Assembly: GCA_030390025.1 (NCBI GenBank)
Contig: JASTWF010000346.1
Location: forward strand, 434,001-498,000
Origin: Squalus acanthias
Lineage: Eukaryota
Direction of reading: 5' to 3'
Length of the DNA: 64,000 nt
How positions within the stretch are numbered: position 1 is the first letter of the stretch; every line of letters begins with the position of its first letter. The notes beneath the pieces are model-generated. The model was not told the origin of the DNA, did no database searches, and saw only the letters and a list, made by a program, of their open reading frames with translations. The translations under genes were made by a program, and so were the position numbers. This document shows positions 56,195 to 64,000 of this stretch, piece by piece.

Positions 56195-56786
56195 TTAGTG
56201 TTTAGTGCTTGCTTGTCTTTATGTTTCATGTCTTGCATTGATAGCCGAGTGCCAGGAAAGAGAGTTTGAAACTCCAGGCTGAATTCCCCAATCATTGGCA
56301 CCTTGTTCTCTTCTCAAATAATCCCCTTATGCTAAAGGGCGTTGCTTCATACTTGGAAGGTTGTCTGAAGTGTTAAAATAAAAATCAGAACCTTGTGCAG
56401 AGGAGTCACAGTTGTTGACTTGTTCTGGTATGTTTACTTCCATGTACTAATAGGCCCCGGCATTTTTACTGCCCTCTAATTTGTTGTTGAATTGATTTAT
56501 GAGGCATGTTCCTCGGCCCTTTTTAGATGGCGGCAGTGCTAAATTCAACTCTGAGATTAATGTCTCTCTGCCTTGCAAATCGCTTCTGAGATCAGTCAGA
56601 CCCCATCACATGCTGCGGTTTGCATTTGGAGAGGGCGAGCGAATAACAGCTCAACATTTGAAAGATGGCTAACACCAGCAGTGCCAGTACTCAAATGCAT
56701 TGGGGAGAGGGAGGAAGTCTGCAGTGGTGTCAGCTGTGGCCCAGTGGGTAACACTCTCACCTGTGAGTCAGAATGTGGTAGGTACG

Positions 56787-58689
56787 CTGGAAGGAGCACT
56801 TCGAAGATCTCCTTAACCGCGACTCTGTCTTCGACGCGAGTGTCCTCAACTCCATCCCGCAGCATGCTGCCCGCCACCATCTCAGCACAACCCCAGCCCG
56901 GCATGAGGTTGAAAAGGCCATCCGACAACTGAAGAACAACAAGGCCTCAGGAGCAGATGGAATCCCTGCCGAGGCACTAAAGCATGGTGGAGAAGTACTA
57001 CTGGCGCGAATTCATGAACTCATTTCTCTTATCTGGAAGGAGGAGAGCATGCCAGGGGATCTCAGAGACGCCGTAATTGTGACCATCTTCAAGGTGACAA
57101 GTCTGATTGCGGTAATTACAGAGGAGTTTCCCTGCCATCTGCCACAGGGAAAGTCATCGCAAGAATCCTCCTCAATCGCCTTCTCCCAGTGGCCGAAGAG
57201 CTCCTCCCAGAGTCGCAATGCGGATTCCGCCCACTAAGGGGCACAATGGACATGATCTTCACCGCATGTCAATTACAAGAGAAATGCAGGGAACAGCACC
57301 AACCGCTGTACATGGCCTTCTTTGATCTCACAAAGGCCTTCAACACTGTCAACCGTGAGCGATTATGGAGTGTCCTCCTCAAATTCGGCTGCCCTCAAAA
57401 GTTTGTCACCATCCTCCGCCTGCTTCACGATGACATGCAAGCCGTGATCCTGACCAACGGTTCCACCACAGACCCAATTCACATACGGACCGGGGTCAAG
57501 CAAGGCTGTGTCATCGCACCAACGCTCTTCTCGATCTTCCTTGCTGCAATGCTCCATCTCACCCTCAGTAAGCTCCCCGCTGGAGTGGAGCTAATTTACA
57601 GAACAAACGGGAAACTGTTCAACCTCCGTCACCTCCAGTCCAGATCTAAGGTCGTCCCATCCTCTGTCGACGAATTACAGTATGCAGATGATGCTTGCGT
57701 CTGCGCTCACTCGGAGGTCGAACTCCAAACCATCGTCAACACCTTCACCGAAGCGTACGAGAGCATGGGCCTTACACTAAACATCCGTAAGACAAAGGAC
57801 CTCTACCAACCTGCCCCCGCCACACAGTACTGCCCCCCGATTATCAAAATCCACGACAAGGCCTTGGACAACGTGGACCACTTTCCATACCTCAGGAGCC
57901 TACTGTCAACAAGGGCAGACGTCGATGACGAAGTCCAACACTGCCTTCAGTGTGCCAGTGCAGCCTTCGGTCGCCTGAGGAAGAGAGTGTTTGAAGACCA
58001 GGACCTCAAACCCGGCACTAAGCTCATGGTCTACAGAGCAGTAGTAATACCCGCCCTCCTGTATGCCTCAGAGACATGGACCATGTACAGCAGGCACCTC
58101 AAAGCACTGGAGAGGTACCACCAACGCTGCCTCCGCAAGATCCTGCAAATCCATTGGCAGGATAGGCGCACCAACATCAGTGTTCTCGCTCAGGCCAACA
58201 TCCCCAGCATCGAAGCTTTGACCACACTTGATCAGCTCCGATGGACGGGTCACATTGTCCGCATGCCCGATACGAGACTCCCAAAACAAGCGCTCTACTC
58301 GGAGCTCCGGCACAGCAAGAGAGCCCCAGGTGGGCACAGGAAACGCTTCAAGGACACCCTCAAAGCTTCCTTGAAAAAAGTGCAACATCCCCACCGACAC
58401 CTGGGAATCCCTGGCCCAAGACCGCACAAAGTGGAGCAGAAGCATCCGGGAAGGCGCCGAACACCTCGAGTCTCTTCGCCGGGAGCAAGCGGAAGCCAAA
58501 TGCAGGCAGCGCAAGGAGCGCACGTCAACCCAAGCACCCCACCCACCCACCTGCCCCTTCAACCACCGTCTGCCCCACCTGTGACAGAGACTGTAGGTCC
58601 CGCATTGGACTCATCAGTCACCTGAGAACTCATTTTTAATGTGGAAGCAAGTCATCCTTGGTTCCGAGGGACTGCCTAAGAAGAAGAAG
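56787..58689 (+). mobile_element. 5'-truncated RTE-clade LINE (frameshifted RT, C-terminal C2H2 finger, (AAG)n tail)
   Basis: ESQCGFR, FDLTKAF, GVKQGCVIAPTLF, QYADD, CPTC..C.SRIGLISHLRTH; TSD GGTACG. Confidence 0.9.
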
Positions 58690-58911
58690 GGTACGAGCCC
58701 CACTCCAGAGACTTGAGCACTAAGTCCATGCTGACACTCCCAGTGCAGGGCTGAGGGAGCGCTGCACTGTCGGAGGTGCCGTCTTTCAGTTGAGACCCCG
58801 TCTGCTCTCTCAGGTGGACGTAAAAGATCCCGCGGCCACTATTTTGATGAAGAGCAGGGGAGTTCTCCCCGGTGTCCTGGGGCCAATATTGATCCCTCAA
58901 CCAACATCACT

Positions 58912-59546
58912 GCCTGTCACTTTAATTCACCGCTTCACTCCCACTCTGACCTCACCGTCCTCGGCCTATTACACTGTTCCACGGAAGCGCAGCGTAAGCT
59001 CGAGGAACAGCACCTCATCTTTCGTTTAGGCACGCTACAGCCCTCTGGACTCAATATCGAGTTCAACAATTTTAGATCATAACCTCAGCTCCAATCACAT
59101 TTATATTTTACGATAGCAAAATACTGCAGATGCTGGAAATCCGAAATAACATTTATATTTTATTTTTTCCACCCTTTTATTTGCCCCCCCCACCTTTTTT
59201 TTCCTCCTAGAAGCTGGCAGCTGTCCTTCATTCTGCCAGTGGATTTCACACTTCTTTCAGCCTTAATCTGTCACATTAACACCACCTCTAGCCTTGCATA
59301 TCTCTTAATGTCTCTTAATGTCTCTTCATCTCCCCCTTTGTTCTTTTATCCCCTCCCCCTTTTCCCAGCTTTACTCTGGCCTTAAATCTATTTGATTTCC
59401 GGCTCTTCACAGTTCTGACGAAAGGTCATCGACCTGAAACGTTAACTCTCTTTCTCTCTCCACGGATGCTGCCTGGCCTGCTGAGTTTTTCCAGCGTTTT
59501 CTGTTGTTATTTCAGATTTCCAGCATCCGCAGTATTTTGCTATAGT
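58912..59546 (+). mobile_element. Penelope-like element 3' fragment (GIY-YIG endonuclease C-terminus plus pLTR)
   Basis: EAQRKLEEQHLIFRLGTLQPSGLNIEFNNF; TSD ATCACT; hammerhead motif; inverted 38-bp terminal segment. Confidence 0.75.
59411..59447 (+). ncRNA. Minimal type I hammerhead ribozyme motif
   Basis: AGTT-CTGACGA-A-AGGTC-ATC-GACCT-GAAAC-GTTAACT: conserved core, 5-bp stem II, palindromic AACGTT stem III. Confidence 0.7.
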
Positions 59547-60579
59547 ATCACTAAAAAAGAGATGATCTGGTCATTATCTCATTGCTGTTTGTGGGAGCTT
59601 GCTGTGCGCAAATTGGCTGCTGCGTTTCCTACATTACAACAGTGACTGCACTTCAAAAAGTACTTCATCGGGTGCAAAGTACCATGGGACGTCCTGAGGT
59701 CCTGAATGGCGCGATATATAAATGCGAGTTCTGTCATTCATTGATAATACATGCGTTTTGATTCTGGAAGAAATGTACCGTTGTACAGTTGTGTGACACA
59801 TGGCTGGAAGATGTACGGCAGGTCTCCAGATGATCTACCGCTGAAGGGATACGTCGCTTTAGTGCAGACGCCTGCCATTTGTACGCTTTTGTCATGACCC
59901 CCATCTGAGATGCTCGAGCAATGAGCACTTCGACTTCCAGGTACGGTCCTCGTGGCTTCAGCGGACTGACACAGCCCACGGTTCACCGCACGCGTGCTGA
60001 GTGTACCTGAAGCTGACGGCGCGGTGCAAAGACCACTCGGCATACAGGCCCACAGAGAACGACTTGTCAGCCTTTCAGCCGGCGTGAGTCCCAGTATTTT
60101 CGTTACGGATTAAAATCAATTACCATATTTGTGCCGTGAAGTCTAGCGCACGAAAGGTTGCTGCTACCTCGAGGCGTTTCTACACCAGACTCCGAGGCTT
60201 CAGAATGGTATCACTTGTTGTGAGCTGGATTGTTAAACTTAGGCTCCGTGCTTTGCCAATCTAGAGTGAAATAAAAGCTGCTTTGGAGACAAGGAAAAAC
60301 CGTTTTGCTCTGTCACAAGAAATCCATTTTATACAAAACAAATCCCCACTTCATTCTTTAGAAATCTTTAACTCTCGAATCAACTTCGCATTTCTTTTTT
60401 TACAGCTAATGTCAGCCACCGGTAACACATGCTTCCTATTTACAGCCCAGTCATAATACAAAGACTAACCCTTCAAACCACCTCTACTGCAAGGAATTAA
60501 CCCTTCCACACATCACCTCCGTTTACAGAATGTGGTTCCATGCTAGACCGGTTGTCCCATTTCAATTAAATGTAATTAT

Positions 60580-61020
60580 TTTATTCCTTCTTGGGATGTG
60601 GGCGTCACTGGCAAGCCCAGGATTTATTGCCCATCCTTAGTTGCCCTTGAGAAGGTGGTGGTGAGCCGCCTTCTTGAACCACTGCAGTCCGTGTGATGAA
60701 GGTACTCCCACAGTGCTGTTAGGTAGGGAGATCCAGGATTATGATCCAGCGACGATAAAGGAACGACGATATACTTCCAAGTCAGGATTGTGTGTGACTT
60801 GGAGGGGAACTTGGAGGTGGTGGTGTTCCCATGCGCCTGCTGCCCTTGTCCTTCTAGGTGGAAGAGGTCGCGGGTTTGGGAGGTGCTGTTGAAGAAGCCT
60901 TGGCGAGTTGCTGCAGTGCATCTTGTAGATGGTACACACTGCAGCCACGGTACGCCGGTGGTGGAGGGAGTGAATGTTTAAGGTAGTGGATGGGGAGCCA
61001 ATCAAGCGGGCTGCTTTGTC
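60580..61020 (-). mobile_element. LINE 3' fragment (same family as 21700-22492)
   Basis: LNIHSLHHRRTVAAVCTIYKMHCSNSPRLLQQHLP. Confidence 0.8.
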
Positions 61021-61099
61021 AGCCAGTACTCAAAGGTGAATGCATGGACTTTCAGGCTAAGAGACACATGACAAAGGTCAGGGCGTGTGGAGCCAGGGG

Positions 61100-61830
61100 T
61101 CAGGCAGCAGAATGGATTGAAAGATGACCACAAAACAGAAAACAGAGGGTGGGAGTTTAGGGAAGTTTCTCGGACTGGTGGGAAGTGGGAAATGGTGTCC
61201 CGAAGGTATCTGTGCCACGAAACTGGCGTTCACCAGATATAGAATCGATTTGAACTCGGGAATTGGAGGTGTCGAAATTTGCAGATGATACCAAACTGGG
61301 GTGGGTGGGGTAGAGCTAATAATGTGGAGGACTGCACAAAAACACAAGAAGACATTAACAGGCTTGCAGAGTGGGCGGATAAATGGCAAATGGAATTCAG
61401 TATAGCGAAGTGTGAGGTGGTTCATTTTGGTAGGAGGAATAAGGAGGCCACATATTTCTTGGAAGGTAAGAAATAAGGTAGAGGAGCAAAGCAATCTGGG
61501 AATACAGGCACATAAATCACTAAAAGTAGCAACGCAAGTTGATAAGGCGATAAAGAGCGGAAACAAAGTGCTAGAGTTCATTTCTAGAGGCATAGAATAC
61601 AAAAGCAGGGAGGTTATGTTAAATGTATATCGAACCTTGGTTAGACCACACTTGGAGTACTGTGCGCGGTTCTGGTCTCCAAACTACAAAAAGGATATTG
61701 AAGACTTACAAGGAGGTTCCCAGAATTGAGAGGAGACAACTATCAGGAAAGACTGAGCAGGCTGGGGGCTCGTTTCTCTGGAAATTGCTTCCACTTGTGG
61801 GTGAGTCCAGAACAAGGGGATGTAAGACTA
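61100..61830 (+). mobile_element. Degenerate CR1 ORF2 fragment
   Basis: FADDTKLG and QEDINRLAEWADKWQMEFSIAKCEVVHFG, with frameshifts. Confidence 0.8.
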
Positions 61831-62039
61831 ACTGATTGAACCATCAGCTAATTCTTCCGAATGTCCAATAGCCTCTTCTGAAAACATCCTGCCGTTAGAT
61901 TGCTGTGATAAACCAGGGGTCTAGCAGGTGCTATCCACTGCACCGTCTGCAGTAGATGTATCTTGTTGGTTAGCGATTAATCTTCAGAAATCTGCCAGGG
62001 TAGGTGAGTTCACCTGGATCAGTATTCACTTGGACAGTT

Positions 62040-63097
62040 TACATAGGATTACATAGGATATACAGCACAGAAACAGGCCATTCGGCCCAACCAGTCCATG
62101 CCAGCGTTTATGCTCCACTCGAGCCTCCTCCCGTCTTTCCTCATCTAAATCTATCAGCATAACCCTCTACTCCCTTCTCCCTCATATGCTTGTCTAGCCT
62201 CCCCTTAAATCCATACTATTTGCTTCAACCACTCCCTGTGTTGCGAGTTCCACATTCTCACCACTCTCTGGGTAAAGCGGTTTTTCCTGAATTCACTACT
62301 GGATTTCTTAGTGACTATCGTATATTAATGGCCTCTAGTTTTTCTCTTCCCCACAAGTGGAATCATTCTCTCTCTATCTACTCTATCAAAACCTTTCATC
62401 ATTTTAAAGACCTCTATTAGGTCATCCCTCAGCCTTCTTTTTTCAAGAGAAAAGAGACCCAGCCTGTTCATCCTTTCCTGATATGTATACCCTCGCATTT
62501 TGTTATCATCCTTGTAAATCTTCTCTGAACCCTCTCCAGTGCCTCCATATCCTTTCTATAATATGGCGACCAGAACTGCACGCTGTACTCTAAGTGTGGC
62601 CTAACCAAGGTTCGATACAAGTTGAGCATAACTTCTCTACTTTTCAATTCGATCCCTCTAGAAATAAACCCTAGTGCTTGGTTTGCTTTTTTATGGCCTT
62701 GCTAAACTGTGTCACAACCTTTAGTGATTTGTGTATTTGTACTCCGAGATTCCTTTGTTCCTCTACCCCACCCAGACTCACACCCTCCAAGTAAAAAGTG
62801 ACCTCCCTATTCTTCCTAACAAAATGTAATACCTCACGTTAAATTTATTGCCAATTATATCCCCATTCTGCAAGTTTATCAATGTCCTCCTGTAATTTGT
62901 TGCAGTCCTCCTCAATATTGACTATTTTCCCACCCAATTTGGTGTCATCCACAAATTTAGAAATTGTGTTTTTGATTCCTAAGTCTAAATCGTTAATGTA
63001 AGTTGTGAACAGCAGTGGTCCCAGCACTGATCCTTGTGGAACACCACTACCCACCTTCTGCCACTGTGAATAGCTACCCTTTACCCCATCTCTCTGC
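62040..63097 (-). mobile_element. CR1 3' fragment with an octamer tail
   Basis: SGVPQGSVLGPLLFTTYINDLD...KFVDDTKLGG; TTACATAGGATTACATAGGA tail. Confidence 0.85.
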
Positions 63098-64000
63098 ACT
63101 TTTGAAGATCCAATGCCCAGTGCATTAAGAATTTATTTTTCACTTGCAAGCAAAAGAATGTATTGCTATACCCTTTGCCAAGTATATTGAGGTGAATGGT
63201 TGCCAAAAGATTTCAGTTCCTCTTCAGATTCTTCAACAAAATCACCATCGGCACCCTGGCACCCAACTTCCAAAGAGGGGATTTTCCCTTCAGATCTTGT
63301 TCTAGAGACCTCCTTTCCCCTACTGGGACCCCACTGGTAAAGCCAGTCACAATGAGCCAGCCCACAGAAGTCCTCATCCTCAGACGAGGACAGATGAAGT
63401 CAGGATTAAACCCAAACGGAAATCTTTGAGAGGGAGAGATGATTTTTCGATGGAGGGACTGATTGGCAAAGTGTATCTATATTTCAAAATGTCTCGTTAG
63501 ACAGTAGGACAACTGTGGGCCGCCCAGCCACCGTATCGGACTCTTATTTCTGTTTCCACTTTGTGCGTGGAACATTATTCCGAGGGAGCTTCCAACTTGG
63601 AGATGCTGGCTGGCGAAATAGCACAATTCACTCTCTTTGATTCAGAAGAAGTGGGTCTCTCAGGGTTGGCTGAGTGCGAATTTACCTTAGTTTCCCAACA
63701 AGTGCAGTCGAGTATTCGCTCAAGAGCTGTTTAAAACAACATAAAACTAAATACAATGCAAGTCTGATGTGAGAAGAAAGCGCCTTTGAGTCAAAGAAAT
63801 TCAGGAAGTTTATTTTTTTTAAACCTTGAACTTTTGTGTAATATTAAGATATTTCATTTTATATACTACAATCCAACATTTGTTGGATAAAGTTAAGGAA
63901 ATGTACTGAGGTGAAATGCTTTGGAAACCCAAACTCTCCACTCAGAGAGCTCACACTTGTAGTCTCCACTTACACTCATTTCCTGTTCTTAAATGAATGG

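Larger units (their letters stand above)
56727..59730 (+). mobile_element. SacSINE1-like SINE split by two insertions (pieces 56727-56786, 58690-58911, 59547-59730)
   Basis: The three pieces join into the family consensus once the inserts are removed. Confidence 0.8.

Noticed and set aside
59734..60110. CpG-containing 101-aa minus-strand ORF as a host exon
   Set aside because: No recognisable domain, an in-frame stop shortly upstream, and no convincing splice sites

Overview
Repeat-dense vertebrate genomic DNA, most likely from a cartilaginous fish (shark/ray). The evidence for the host is an HE1-type V-SINE, many SacSINE1/DeuSINE-type SINEs and CR1, L2, RTE and Penelope fragments. I could not identify a host protein-coding exon. 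The main feature is an apparently intact, very young 12.6-kb enveloped LTR retroelement (39701-52289). It has two 1607-bp LTRs with no difference visible by eye, a GCGT target-site duplication and a perfect tRNA-Arg(TCG) primer site that also encodes the first Gag codons. Gag and pol are in frame across a UGA-CUAG readthrough signal. Pol has a dead plus an active RNase H. The Env is F-protein-like, lacks standard retroviral TM motifs and carries an apparent immunoglobulin domain. This layout is lokiretrovirus-like, and the Ig module looks new to me. Other features: a 13-kb 33-bp satellite with higher-order structure grown inside one SINE copy; a near-intact full-length CR1 with 147-bp 5' monomers nested in an older CR1; Harbinger-like MITEs; a Penelope fragment with a minimal hammerhead ribozyme; and several minisatellites. 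Most long ORFs in 15.2-38.3 kb are artefacts of tandem repeats.
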